From a virus (Duplodnaviria > Caudoviricetes), in IMG/VR virus record IMGVR_UViG_3300037069_001350, positions 1 through 58,222 of that record: a DNA stretch of 58,222 nucleotides, one strand, 5' to 3'. Position numbers and translations under genes: made by a program. Below the pieces are notes generated by a model. That model did not search any database and was not told the origin of the DNA. It saw only the letters and a program-made list of their open reading frames with translations. Within the stretch, counting starts at the first letter, position 1. Every line of letters begins with the position of its first letter. Of this stretch, positions 8,843 to 18,932 are shown one piece after another.

Positions 8843-9829
8843 ATGACCACCACGTACTACCCCTCGAACCTGCAGTGGTTCGGGCTGGCGAAGGAAGCCA
8901 CGCCGGGCACCGCCGAGTCGATCCCGACCATCTGGGTGCCGGTCGACACCCCGAAGTGGTCGCCGAAGCTGACCATGCACACCGACCAGGCGATGCGCGG
9001 CTTCATGGGCGACGACTACCAGCAGGTCGCCGGGATGCGCTACGACGAGATCACCTACAAGACCTACGTCTACATGGACTCGATCTTCCCGCACCTGCTC
9101 GCCCTGCTCGGCCACGCCGACGTCGTCACCGGCACCGCCGACCCGGCCACGCACAAGACCGCGCTGAACAACGGCACCGGCACCGACAACGCCCAGCCCC
9201 CGACCTACACCGGCTTCTACTTCGACGCCGCCGGGAAGTGCTGGCAGGTGCCGGGCATGGTCATGGCCGAGTTGAAGCTGGACACGAAGGTCGACGAACT
9301 CGACACCGTCGATGTCACCTGGCACGGCCTGCCCGCCACCGCGATCGCCGCCCCGACCAACACCCCGACCACGAGCAAGCCGATGCCCGCCTGGAACTCG
9401 GTCATCTCGATCGGCGGCTCCGCGGTCTCGGCGTACTCCGAGGTGTCGCTGGACTACAAGCGCAACACGAAGCCGGTGAACACGATCAACGACTCGCAGA
9501 GCCCGCTCGGCATCTACGGCGGCGGGGTCTCGATCACCGGCACGCTCACCGCGGTCTACCAGGGCAGCACCGACTCGAACCTGGTCGACTTCCTGGCGAA
9601 CACCCAGCCGTCGCTGACGGTGAAGTGGTCGCCGGTCGGCGACGCGACCCACAACCTGACCCTGCAGCACTCGGTGGTCGCCTACGACTCCGCCGACCCG
9701 CAGGGCAGCGGCGACTGGATGGAGATTCAGTCGAACATCAAGGCGCTGATGAACGCCACCGACGCGCTCGACTCGAAGCTGTCGCCCGCGCAGGTCGTGT
9801 TCCTGACGCCCACCATCGCTCCGTTCTAA
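8843..9829 (+). CDS. Major tail (tube) protein
   Basis: FGLAKEATPGT N-terminus, QPPTYT motif; upstream of chaperone and tape measure genes. Confidence 0.8.
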   Translation: MTTTYYPSNLQWFGLAKEATPGTAESIPTIWVPVDTPKWSPKLTMHTDQAMRGFMGDDYQQVAGMRYDEITYKTYVYMDSIFPHLLALLGHADVVTGTADPATHKTALNNGTGTDNAQPPTYTGFYFDAAGKCWQVPGMVMAELKLDTKVDELDTVDVTWHGLPATAIAAPTNTPTTSKPMPAWNSVISIGGSAVSAYSEVSLDYKRNTKPVNTINDSQSPLGIYGGGVSITGTLTAVYQGSTDSNLVDFLANTQPSLTVKWSPVGDATHNLTLQHSVVAYDSADPQGSGDWMEIQSNIKALMNATDALDSKLSPAQVVFLTPTIAPF

Positions 9830-9855
9830 CCGATCAACCCAGGGGGCCACCCACC

Positions 9856-10359
9856 ATGATCAAGATTCACATTCCCGACGGCGAAGCCAGCATCCGTACC
9901 CTCGCCAACGAGGTCAGCCCGCGCCGTCGCCGCGAGATCGAACTGATCGCCGCGCGGCTCGGGCAGGTCCTGCCCGCCGTCCAGTCCGCCGCCCGCATCC
10001 TCGTCGACGGCGACGTCATGGACGACCGCTCGAAGCAGCGGCACAAGCAGGGGCCGCGCAAGGGCAAGCCGGTGTTCACCGGCGCGGACGTCGACCTCAC
10101 CGTGAAGCAGCTGCGCCTGCTGTCCGACCTCAACGACGCGATCGTCTGGTCACTGCTCGACGGCTGGACGCTGGACCTGCCGCTGCCGCGCACGCCCGAC
10201 GACCTGCTCGACCTGCCCGGCGACGTCTACGACGCGCTGCGCGAGCAGTGCTCGGCGGTCTACCTCGGCATCGACCCGACCGGCGGCTTCGGCCCCGGCG
10301 CACTGCCCGAGCCCGGCTCCGACGAGCCGCTGGACACGACGTCCCCTACTTCGGCCTGA
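9856..10359 (+). CDS. Tail assembly chaperone (gpG-like)
   Basis: AGGGGG RBS and ATG 9856; WTLDLP...LLDLP...YDAL motif; ends ...SPTSA. Confidence 0.75.
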   Translation: MIKIHIPDGEASIRTLANEVSPRRRREIELIAARLGQVLPAVQSAARILVDGDVMDDRSKQRHKQGPRKGKPVFTGADVDLTVKQLRLLSDLNDAIVWSLLDGWTLDLPLPRTPDDLLDLPGDVYDALREQCSAVYLGIDPTGGFGPGALPEPGSDEPLDTTSPTSA

Positions 10360-10577
10360 GACGCCTGCGCCGGGCGTATCAGGCCAAACGGTCCGGCGGT
10401 GAGCCGGGCGACCTCGACCCGCTCACCGCGGCAATGCTCCGCGAGAAGCGGTACCGCGAACTGATCCCCATGACTCACGAGCAGTACCTGGACGAGCCGT
10501 GGGACGTCATCGAGTGGACGTTGCGGATCGACAACATCCAGAGGGAGTTCGGTCATGGCGGTCGCGAATCTCAATGA
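10344..10577 (+). CDS. Tail assembly chaperone gpT-like extension, reached by -1 frameshift
   Basis: Open -1 frame with no convincing start of its own; TCC CCT ACT near the gpG stop; THEQYLDEPW motif. Confidence 0.6.
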   Translation, partial: PYFGLRRLRRAYQAKRSGGEPGDLDPLTAAMLREKRYRELIPMTHEQYLDEPWDVIEWTLRIDNIQREFGHGGRESQ

Positions 10578-10989
10578 GGTGATGGGGGCGATCGACCGGC
10601 TGCAGAAGAAGCAGTCGGTTATCGCCCGCATGACCGTCACCCGCGCCGCGGCCCGCGTCGAGGCGGTGGCGAAGAAGAACTTCGAGGGCGCGCACAAGCG
10701 CGGCGAGCCGCACGTCGGCGGTGCCTCGCCGAATGTCGTGAGCGGCACGCTGCGCCGCTCGATCACCCGCACCCAGGTGTTCCGCCTCGGCGAGACCGAC
10801 TGGGGCACGAAGGTCGGCCCGGCGACCGTCTACGCCCGCCGCATCGAACTGGGCTACCCCGGCGGCGGTCACGGACCGGGCCACCAGCGCACCCGAGCCT
10901 TCCCCTACTTCAAGCCAGCAGTGGACAAGGTCATCCCCGAGTTCCACGACATCGCCGCCGAGACCTGGAACCTGTACTTGCGGCACTAG
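10555..10989 (+). CDS. HK97 gp10-like tail completion protein
   Basis: PNVVSGTLRRSI...VGPATVYARRIELG...PYFKPA motifs. Confidence 0.75.
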   Translation: MAVANLNEVMGAIDRLQKKQSVIARMTVTRAAARVEAVAKKNFEGAHKRGEPHVGGASPNVVSGTLRRSITRTQVFRLGETDWGTKVGPATVYARRIELGYPGGGHGPGHQRTRAFPYFKPAVDKVIPEFHDIAAETWNLYLRH

Positions 10990-11001
10990 GAGTGACCCAT
11001 C

Positions 11002-14000
11002 ATGGCCGAAGGCGGCGCGGGTCTGATCCCCCCTGTAGTGGTAACCCTCCGGGCGAAGGCCGGGGAACTGTTCAGCGAGTTCGGCAAGGTCAAGGACGAG
11101 ATCAAGCGCCTCGACCACGAGACCGAGGGCGGTCTGACCCGCGGCCAGAAGGCCATGCACGGCCTCGAAGCCGCTGGTCGCAAGCTGACCCTGGGCCTGG
11201 CCGGTGCCGCGATCGGCGGCGCTGCCGCCGCGGTGAAGCTGTCCGGCAACTTCGAGGAGGCGACGACCCAGCTGGTCACCGGCGCGGGCGAGTCCGAGGC
11301 GAAGATCGAGGACGTCCGCAAGGGCCTGCTGTCCCTCGCCCCCGCCGTCGGCCAGGGGCCGGAAGCACTCGCGAAGGGTATGTACCTGGTCGAGTCCGCG
11401 GGCTACCACGGCGCGCAGGGCCTCATGGTGATGAAGGCCGCGGCGCAGGGTGCCACGGTCGGTGCGACCGACACGGCCACCGTCGCCGACGCTCTCACCA
11501 CGGTGCTCACCGACTACGGCATCAAGGCCAACCAGGCGGGTGTCGTCACCTCGAAGCTGGTCGCCACCGTCGCGTCCGGCAAGACCACGATGGGCGACCT
11601 CGCGGGCTCCCTGCACAACGTGGTGCAGCGCGCCGCGTCCGCCGGTGTCGGGCTGAACCAGGTCCTCGGTGCTATGGCGACGATGACCTCCCAGGGCATC
11701 TCCGCCGACCAGGCGTCGCAGGACCTCGCCAACGCGATCCAGTCCCTCGAAAACCCGACCCAGGGTCAGACGAAGGAGATGCAGCAGCTGGGGTTGAAGT
11801 CCGCGGACATCTCCCACAACCTCGGCAAGCGCGGCCTGACCGGCACGCTCGGCATCCTCGAAGGCGCTCTCGCGAAGCACATGCACGCGGGCTCGGTGTG
11901 GATGTCGACCTACAACAATCTCGCCGAGGAGACCGGCAAGGTCAACACGATGTTGAAGGCGCTGCCGCCTTCGATGCAGGGCATCGCTCGCGAGTACGCG
12001 AACGGCACGGTCACCTCGAAGCAGTGGCGTCACGCCATGATGGGGATGAACGTCGAGCAGAAGCAGCTGGCCCAGCAGTTCGCCGCCGGGGTGAACCGCA
12101 CCCGCGGCTTCAACTCGACGCTGACCGCGTCCGGCCCGTCGGCCCAGACCTTCGGCGCGGCGCTGGCGAAGCTGACCGGCGGCGCGACCGGCATGAACGT
12201 GGCCCTCGCGATCGGCGGGCAGCACGCCTCGACCTTCGCCGCCAACGTGAAGAACCTGGGCAGCACCACCACCGAGGCCGGTGGCAACGTGAAGGGCTTC
12301 GGGCTCGCCTCGAAGGACTTCAACTTCCAGCTGGCGCAGCTGTCCGCGGCTGCCCAGGCGCTCGCGATCAAGGTCGGCGACAAGCTGATCCCGGTGATCA
12401 TGTCGGTGGTCAACTTCTTCAAGTCGCACCGCTCGGCCACCATCGCCCTCGCTGCTGCGATCGGCGGCATCATGGTGCTCGCGATCGGCGCGTACATCTT
12501 GAAGCTGGCCCGCGCCGCGAAGGAAACGGTCACCTCCTACGGGAAGATGATCAAGGGCGGGTACGAGTGGCTGGCTAAGCTGATCAGCGGTAAGACCCAG
12601 GCGACCGCCGCCGAGAACAAGGCGGTCGCGAGCAAGGAGACCGCGGCCAGCCGCTCGGTCGAAGCCGACAAGGCCATGAGCGACGCGCAGAAGCGCGCCG
12701 CGATGATCGCCCAGCAGACCGCCGAGCAGCAGGCTCAGGCCGCGAGCATGGTCGCCGAGTCGCAGGCCAGCATGGCGACCGCCGCCGCGGAGTCGGCAGC
12801 GGCCCAGGAGGGCTCCGCCGCTGCCGTCGTCGGCGCTGACGAGGGCATGGCTGCCGCCGCCGAGACCACCGCTCCCGCGATCGAGACCGCAATGGGTCCG
12901 ATCGGCCTCGCGATCGGTGCGATCGGCCTCGTCGCGATGCTGCTCATGTCGCACTGGAAGCAGGTCTGGGGCGCGATCAAGGACGTCACGCGCATGGCGT
13001 GGAACGACGTGTTGAAGCCGGTGTTCGGCTTCATCATGGACGTCGCGATCAAGCCGATGATGGAGCAGATCAAGGTCCTGCAGGGCATCTGGAACACCGT
13101 GTGGGACACGATCTCCTCGGTGATCAAGGCCGTGTGGGATGACGGCATCAAGCCGGTGTTCGACTTCATCAAGAACAACTGGAAGCTGCTGCTGGAAGTC
13201 CTCGGCGGTGGCCTGGTCCTGCTGATCACGCACTGGAAGCAGGTGTGGGGCGCGATCGAGCGGGTCGCCCGCATGGTCTGGAACGACGTGTTGAAGCCGG
13301 TGTTCCACTTCATCTACGAGGTGGGCATCCGACCCGTCATGTCCGCCCTGGACTGGCTCGGTCGGGGCTGGTCGAACATCTGGAACGGCATCGGCAGCGT
13401 CGCGAGCGACGTGTGGAACAACGTCGTCAAGCCGGTGTTCGACTTCATCAACAACTACGGCATCCAGCCGATCGCCTCGGTGATCCAGTGGTTCGGCAAC
13501 CTCTGGCACTCGATCTGGAACGACGTCGGCCAGGTGATTCAGGACGTCTGGAACTGGATCAAGCCGATCATCGACACCATCAAGTCGGCCTTCGACGGGG
13601 TGATGTCGGTCGTGCACTCGGTCGGCAGCTTCATCGGCGGTGTCGGGCACGCGGTCGGCAGCTTCCTGGGCCTCGACACTGGTGGCCCGGTGCCGGGCGC
13701 TGTCGGTTCGCCTGTCCCGGCGATCGTGCACGGCGGGGAGTACATGCTCTCCGCGAACATGCTGTCCGGCAAGGCCCCGATCGACCCGCACGTCGTCGGT
13801 GCAGTCATGGCGAACGCCGCGGCTGACCCGGTCGCCGCGGCGCATCTCTCGAAGTCGGCCAGCTACGGCGGCGGCTCCGCGGGTGCACTGCTCGGCGGCG
13901 GGCACGGCGGCGGCTCGGGCGGCTCCGGTGGCGGCGGTTCGACCGTCGTCGTCCAGGGCTCGGTGATCGACATGCAGGGTCTGTTCCAGGCCATGCAGAC

Positions 14001-14061
14001 CGCGGCGCTTCGCCACGGCACTCAGAACGCCCAGACCTGGGCACCGTTCAAGCGGGGGTAG
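11002..14061 (+). CDS. Tape measure protein
   Basis: 1019 aa, Ala-rich helical; periodic Trp repeats with an internal 93-aa duplication (12952 and 13231); GGPVPG...AIVHGGEY motif. Confidence 0.92.
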   Translation: MAEGGAGLIPPVVVTLRAKAGELFSEFGKVKDEIKRLDHETEGGLTRGQKAMHGLEAAGRKLTLGLAGAAIGGAAAAVKLSGNFEEATTQLVTGAGESEAKIEDVRKGLLSLAPAVGQGPEALAKGMYLVESAGYHGAQGLMVMKAAAQGATVGATDTATVADALTTVLTDYGIKANQAGVVTSKLVATVASGKTTMGDLAGSLHNVVQRAASAGVGLNQVLGAMATMTSQGISADQASQDLANAIQSLENPTQGQTKEMQQLGLKSADISHNLGKRGLTGTLGILEGALAKHMHAGSVWMSTYNNLAEETGKVNTMLKALPPSMQGIAREYANGTVTSKQWRHAMMGMNVEQKQLAQQFAAGVNRTRGFNSTLTASGPSAQTFGAALAKLTGGATGMNVALAIGGQHASTFAANVKNLGSTTTEAGGNVKGFGLASKDFNFQLAQLSAAAQALAIKVGDKLIPVIMSVVNFFKSHRSATIALAAAIGGIMVLAIGAYILKLARAAKETVTSYGKMIKGGYEWLAKLISGKTQATAAENKAVASKETAASRSVEADKAMSDAQKRAAMIAQQTAEQQAQAASMVAESQASMATAAAESAAAQEGSAAAVVGADEGMAAAAETTAPAIETAMGPIGLAIGAIGLVAMLLMSHWKQVWGAIKDVTRMAWNDVLKPVFGFIMDVAIKPMMEQIKVLQGIWNTVWDTISSVIKAVWDDGIKPVFDFIKNNWKLLLEVLGGGLVLLITHWKQVWGAIERVARMVWNDVLKPVFHFIYEVGIRPVMSALDWLGRGWSNIWNGIGSVASDVWNNVVKPVFDFINNYGIQPIASVIQWFGNLWHSIWNDVGQVIQDVWNWIKPIIDTIKSAFDGVMSVVHSVGSFIGGVGHAVGSFLGLDTGGPVPGAVGSPVPAIVHGGEYMLSANMLSGKAPIDPHVVGAVMANAAADPVAAAHLSKSASYGGGSAGALLGGGHGGGSGGSGGGGSTVVVQGSVIDMQGLFQAMQTAALRHGTQNAQTWAPFKRG

Positions 14062-14063
14062 CT

Positions 14064-15038
14064 ATGAGTTCCACCCTCGTGTACCCGTCGCGGCTGGTGA
14101 AGGTCGGCATCGGGAAGGAGTCGACCTTCGGCACCGCCGTCGCCCCTGCCGCGGGGCTGGCGGTGGCCGCGCCGGGCGTCAGCGACAAGCACGCGACGAT
14201 CGTCGACACCGGGTGGCGGCAGTCGACCGCAGCCAGCTACGGGCACCAGCCCGGCCCGCTGGATTCGGCTGTCTCCCTCGGTGGCCCGGCGTTCGTCGAC
14301 GCGCTCGGGTGGCCGCTGGCGGGCGTGCTCGGTGATCACACGGTCACCGGCACGACCGCCCCGTACACGCACACCCTGGCCCTGCTGAACAGCGGCTCGA
14401 TGCAGCCGTCGAGCTACACGGTGACGCTCGACGACCCGGTCGGCGCGCTCGCCTACCCCGGCTGCCGCTGGTCCGGCTTCACGCTCACCGCGAACGCCGA
14501 CGGCCTGCTCACCTGGGGCGGCACCCTCGCCGGGCTCAACCCCGGCGCAGGCAGCGTCCCCCCGGCCCCCGCAGTGGTGCTGCCGATGCCCGGCTGGTCC
14601 GGCGTCGTCACCATCGGCGGGTCGGTCGAGTCGCGCGTGCTCGACCTCAGCGTGTCGATCACCCGGCAGCTGACCGCGAAGCGCAACACGAACGGCCAGC
14701 AGACCCCGAACAACATCCAGGCTGGGGCGCTCGCCGTCAGCGGGCAGGCGACACTGCTGATCCACAACGACAACTACCGCAGCAGCCTGCTCAACGCGAG
14801 CAGCCTCGCGATCGACGCGACCTGGTCGCAGGGTGCGGGCGCTGCCTCGCAGCAGATCACCCTGCACTCGTCCGCCTGCGTGCTCGACGCGGCCAGCCGC
14901 GCCTACGTGGGCGACTGGGTCGAGGTGCAGCTGGGCTGGACGGCGGACGCGAACACGACCGACGCCGGTGCCTCCGGTGGCAAGTCCCCCATCAAGGCCA
15001 CCCTGATCAATGCGGTCGGGGCCGGTCTCTACACGTAG
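14064..15038 (+). CDS. Second tail-tube-like protein (paralog of 8843-9829)
   Basis: YPS...GIGKESTFGTA; LG..VTGT..P.TH..AL.N; QPSSYT; PMPGW; similar length. Confidence 0.7.
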   Translation: MSSTLVYPSRLVKVGIGKESTFGTAVAPAAGLAVAAPGVSDKHATIVDTGWRQSTAASYGHQPGPLDSAVSLGGPAFVDALGWPLAGVLGDHTVTGTTAPYTHTLALLNSGSMQPSSYTVTLDDPVGALAYPGCRWSGFTLTANADGLLTWGGTLAGLNPGAGSVPPAPAVVLPMPGWSGVVTIGGSVESRVLDLSVSITRQLTAKRNTNGQQTPNNIQAGALAVSGQATLLIHNDNYRSSLLNASSLAIDATWSQGAGAASQQITLHSSACVLDAASRAYVGDWVEVQLGWTADANTTDAGASGGKSPIKATLINAVGAGLYT

Positions 15039-15051
15039 AGGAGTCACGGCG

Positions 15052-18000
15052 ATGACGTCGAACTGGCCGCTGATCGAGGAGTCCATCGGCTTCGCGATGG
15101 GTCCGGGCACCCCGACGACGGAGTGGATCACCCCCGACAACAGGGCGAACTACTACGGCGTGTCGCTCGCGACGTCCGGCCTGTTCCTGAACCTCACTCC
15201 GCGCACCGAGGGCACCTGGACGTGCACCCGCGGTCGGCAGTACGAACTCGACCAGGTGCAGGCGGGCTCCGCGTCGTCGACGATGAACAACATCGACGGC
15301 GCGCTCGACCCGACCAACACGTCCTCGCCGTTCTACCCCCAGGTCAAGATGTACCGGGCCTACCGCCGCCGGGCGCAGTACCCGGCGAGCAAGAACCTGC
15401 TGTCGCTCGACCAGGTCACCGGCGGCAACGACCCGTCGGGCGCGTTCGGCGCGAACATGGGTCGCTACGTCACCCCGTCCGCCGTGTTCCCGATCTCCTT
15501 CCTGGGCAACACCCCGTCGGGCTCGACCGGCCAGATGGTCGAGATCGGCGGCTGGGCCGTCAGCCCCGGCGTCTCGCACGCCGCGCAGATGAACTGGTAC
15601 TCGACGACCGCCTCGATCTCCTACTACCTGCAGTTCCGCTGGTATGACGTGAGCGGCAACCTGATCAGCACCACGAACGGCAGCATCGTCCCGACCGGCG
15701 CGGGCGGTGGCGGTGCCACCGCCACCGTTGTCGGCACGCCGCCTGCGGGCTGCGCCGGTGCCACGATCGCCGCGGTGATGACCTCCGGTCCGAGCGTGTC
15801 CTCGTTCGTCCAGTGGAACATCGCGCAGGTCGAACTCGGCTCGGCCCCGACCACGTACGCCACCCCCGGCACCTGGTATGACCTGTTCACCGGCTTCATC
15901 AACGGCTGGCCGCAGACCTGGGACGGGCAGGGCACGTACGGCGTCTCGAACCTCTCGGTCACCGACGCCTTCGGCTACCTCTCGCAGCACCCGATCCTCG
16001 CGCCCGGCTATCAGGAGATTCTGGCCGCGGTAAACGGTGTGCAGTTCGGGGCGACCTTGGGCTGGTTCTTCCCGCTCGACGAGGCCCAGAACTCGACCCA
16101 GTGGCTCGATCTCACCGGCAACCTGTCGCCGATGCAGCGCATCCTGCTCAGTGCTGGTGCACCCTCGCAGTGCACCGCGGGCAACCAGCTGAACACGGTG
16201 CCGATCGACAAGTTCATCTCGTCCGGATTCGGCTACACCCGCGGCTTCCAGCCCACCTCGATCGGCGGGCCGGTCACCTCGTTCAGCAATGACGGCCACA
16301 CCGGCGCGGCGGTGCTCGACCTCGGGGCGGCGAAGCAGCAGATCGGCCCCGGCGACTCCGGGGCCTGGTCGATGGTGTTCATGGTCTACATGCCCGCCAC
16401 CGCGACGCCGGGTAGCAACACCGACCTGCAGACCGTCTGGGGCTGCTACAACAACTACCCCGCGGGCGGTGTGCAGTCGATCGAGTTGTACGGCACCCCC
16501 ACGTCGTTCTACAAGTTGAAGATCATCGCCAACGGCACGACGATGATGGACACCTCGTTCCCGTCCACCGCGGGCTACCCCGCGAACGACGGGGCGTGGC
16601 ACCTGCTGATCGTCACCATGTCCAGTGACGGCAAGACCGTCACCCTCACCTCGGACACGAACGCGACCACGGTCGTCACGAACGCCTCCGACATGCACCC
16701 GCAGTTCCAGATGTACGGGTACGCCGGATGGGAGGTGCTGGGCGGGCACCAGATCGGCTACAACCAGGTCGAGCACGGCTGGACCGGCTCGCTGGCCTGC
16801 GTCGGGTACATCCCGGAAGACCTGCACGACTACTCGCCGCTGCAGTCGGGCACCGTCGTCGACCAGCCGTCGATCTCGAACCTGGTGAACACCCTGACGA
16901 GGAACACGAACGGCAACTGGCTGGGAAGCACCGGGCTGATCACCAGCGACTCGGGGCAGCGGGCGCTCGACATCCTGCGCTGGGCCGGATGGAAGGGCGA
17001 CCGCAACGTCCACCGCCTGATCCCGAACAACGGCGACACCTACGGACCGGGCACCTGCTGGGCCTACGGTGCGCCGAGCGAGTACGTGGCCGACACGTCC
17101 AGCACCGGCACCGACGTCGTCACCGCACTGCAGACCGTCACCGACACGGAGAACGGCACGCAGTACGTCGACGCTGGTGGCCGGGTCACCTTCAAGCTGC
17201 GCCGGGACCGCTACAACCAGCAGGTGTCCCTCGTGTTCGGCGAGGGCGCGACCGGCCCGTACCGGACCAACCTGTGCGTCGACCCCTCGTTCGAGGTGGA
17301 CGTCGCCGGGTGGACCGGCGGCGGGGCGACGATCGCCTTCGACAACACCCGCTCGTGGTACGGCTTCGCCTGCGCGAAGATCACCGGCGCGAACGCTGCG
17401 GCGGCTCCGGGTGTCACGGCGAAGGTGCCGGTCACCGCGGGCCAGTTCTACGCGGTGAGTGCCTACCTGAACCCGAACGTGGCCCTGGCGACCGCCGCGG
17501 CCCCGCTGTGGATCAGCTGGTTCACCAACACGGGCACGCTGATCTCGACGCAGCTGGCCCCGACGAGCAAGCTCACCGGGACGACCGGCGTTTGGACCCG
17601 CTACATCCTCATGGGGCAGGCCCCGAGCAACGCCGCCACGGCGACGTTCGGCGTGCTCAACACGACGAGCCTGCTCAACACCGAGATCGTCGGGCTCGAC
17701 TGTGTGCTGTTCGAGCAGACCGGCGTGCCCGGCGGGTACTTCGACGGCTCGGGCGACCCCGGCTTCGCGCAGGCGAACTTCACCTACGCCTGGACCGGGA
17801 CCGCGAACGAGTCGACGTCGACGATGACCGCGGTCGAGGTGCCCTACACGACGGTGCGGCCCGCGTTCGATCCGGTCAAGCTGGTTGACGATGTCAAGCT
17901 GACGCAGACGTCGTCGGGAAACTCGTTCCGGCAGATCAACCAGACCTCGGTGCAGCAGTACGGCGACGTGCAGCTGCAGCGCAACGTCAACACGCTGAAC

Positions 18001-18339
18001 ACCTACGAGATCAACGACGGCGCGACGTTCCTGCTCGACCGCTACGACAACGCCGTGCAGCGGATCGAGTCGATCACCGTCGACGTCGCCGCGACGAACT
18101 CGTGGGCAGCTGTCCTTCCGCTCGAACTGGGCTCGGTCGTGCGCGTCATGCGCCGCCCCCCGTCCCCGGCCCCGGCGATCATGTTCGACGGCTTCGTCGA
18201 GCAGATCATCTGGTCGCAGGACGACCAGGGCAACGCCACCGTCACCCTGCAGCTGTCGCCGCTCGGCAACCTGCAGTTCTGGCAGCTGGACTCCAACCAG
18301 TTCGGCGTGCTCGGCGTGACCACCATCTGCGGCTACTGA
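15052..18339 (+). CDS. Large minor tail protein with LamG-like and carbohydrate-binding-like domains
   Basis: TRGRQYELDQVQAG...NIDGALDP, FPLDE, NDGAWHLL and TNLCVDPSFE motifs; GAGGAG RBS before ATG 15052. Confidence 0.8.
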   Translation: MTSNWPLIEESIGFAMGPGTPTTEWITPDNRANYYGVSLATSGLFLNLTPRTEGTWTCTRGRQYELDQVQAGSASSTMNNIDGALDPTNTSSPFYPQVKMYRAYRRRAQYPASKNLLSLDQVTGGNDPSGAFGANMGRYVTPSAVFPISFLGNTPSGSTGQMVEIGGWAVSPGVSHAAQMNWYSTTASISYYLQFRWYDVSGNLISTTNGSIVPTGAGGGGATATVVGTPPAGCAGATIAAVMTSGPSVSSFVQWNIAQVELGSAPTTYATPGTWYDLFTGFINGWPQTWDGQGTYGVSNLSVTDAFGYLSQHPILAPGYQEILAAVNGVQFGATLGWFFPLDEAQNSTQWLDLTGNLSPMQRILLSAGAPSQCTAGNQLNTVPIDKFISSGFGYTRGFQPTSIGGPVTSFSNDGHTGAAVLDLGAAKQQIGPGDSGAWSMVFMVYMPATATPGSNTDLQTVWGCYNNYPAGGVQSIELYGTPTSFYKLKIIANGTTMMDTSFPSTAGYPANDGAWHLLIVTMSSDGKTVTLTSDTNATTVVTNASDMHPQFQMYGYAGWEVLGGHQIGYNQVEHGWTGSLACVGYIPEDLHDYSPLQSGTVVDQPSISNLVNTLTRNTNGNWLGSTGLITSDSGQRALDILRWAGWKGDRNVHRLIPNNGDTYGPGTCWAYGAPSEYVADTSSTGTDVVTALQTVTDTENGTQYVDAGGRVTFKLRRDRYNQQVSLVFGEGATGPYRTNLCVDPSFEVDVAGWTGGGATIAFDNTRSWYGFACAKITGANAAAAPGVTAKVPVTAGQFYAVSAYLNPNVALATAAAPLWISWFTNTGTLISTQLAPTSKLTGTTGVWTRYILMGQAPSNAATATFGVLNTTSLLNTEIVGLDCVLFEQTGVPGGYFDGSGDPGFAQANFTYAWTGTANESTSTMTAVEVPYTTVRPAFDPVKLVDDVKLTQTSSGNSFRQINQTSVQQYGDVQLQRNVNTLNTYEINDGATFLLDRYDNAVQRIESITVDVAATNSWAAVLPLELGSVVRVMRRPPSPAPAIMFDGFVEQIIWSQDDQGNATVTLQLSPLGNLQFWQLDSNQFGVLGVTTICGY

Positions 18340-18364
18340 CCGCGTCTCCCCGAAAGGCACGATC

Positions 18365-18904
18365 ATGGTCCTCGCTGTCCCCACTCAGCGGACGTGGAAC
18401 ACCTACGACATCACCACCGCGGCGATGATGAACGCCAACGTCCGTGACGCGGTCAACTTCCTGTCGGCACCGCCGCTGTTCATCGCCCTGCAGCAGACCG
18501 CGCAGTCGATCCCGAACGCCTTCGGTGGCGGCACGCCGCTCACCTTCGGTGACCCCGGCGGCATCGTCGTCGACTCCTACAACGGGCACTCGACGTCGAC
18601 CAACCCCACGCGGTACGTGGCGCAGGTGGCGGGCTGGTATCTGGTGGAAGGCCGGTCCGGCTGGGCACCCAGCGCCACGGGCCTGCGAATCGCTGGCACG
18701 TCGGTCAACGGCGCGGTCCAGAAGTACGGCACGTCGGCCCCGGTCGGGGGGAGCAACTGGCTCGCCTCGGTCAGCGACATCCTGTACCTGAACGTGGGCG
18801 ACTACGTCGAGCTCTTGGGCTACCAGACCAGCGGCGGCGCTCTCAACACGAACTCCGGGGCCGCTTACCAGTCCTCGCTGATGGTCCTCTGGGTCCACTC
18901 GTAA
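18365..18904 (+). CDS. Minor tail protein (receptor-binding-like beta-sandwich)
   Basis: TAAMMNANVRD N-terminus; TRYVAQVAGWY and LNVGDYVEL...YQTSGGALNT. Confidence 0.7.
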   Translation: MVLAVPTQRTWNTYDITTAAMMNANVRDAVNFLSAPPLFIALQQTAQSIPNAFGGGTPLTFGDPGGIVVDSYNGHSTSTNPTRYVAQVAGWYLVEGRSGWAPSATGLRIAGTSVNGAVQKYGTSAPVGGSNWLASVSDILYLNVGDYVELLGYQTSGGALNTNSGAAYQSSLMVLWVHS

Positions 18905-18932
18905 CCAACCACCCACGAAGGGGGCAGCCGTC

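Noticed and set aside
12952-13320. Direct repeat in the tape measure gene as a DGR or recombination cassette
   Set aside because: Ordinary in-frame tape-measure repeat; no reverse transcriptase is encoded
10507-18384. Very long minus-strand ORFs (10507-14016, 15007-18384; also 1671-3986, 54155-55984)
   Set aside because: Shadow ORFs expected opposite high-GC3 genes; no recognisable motifs
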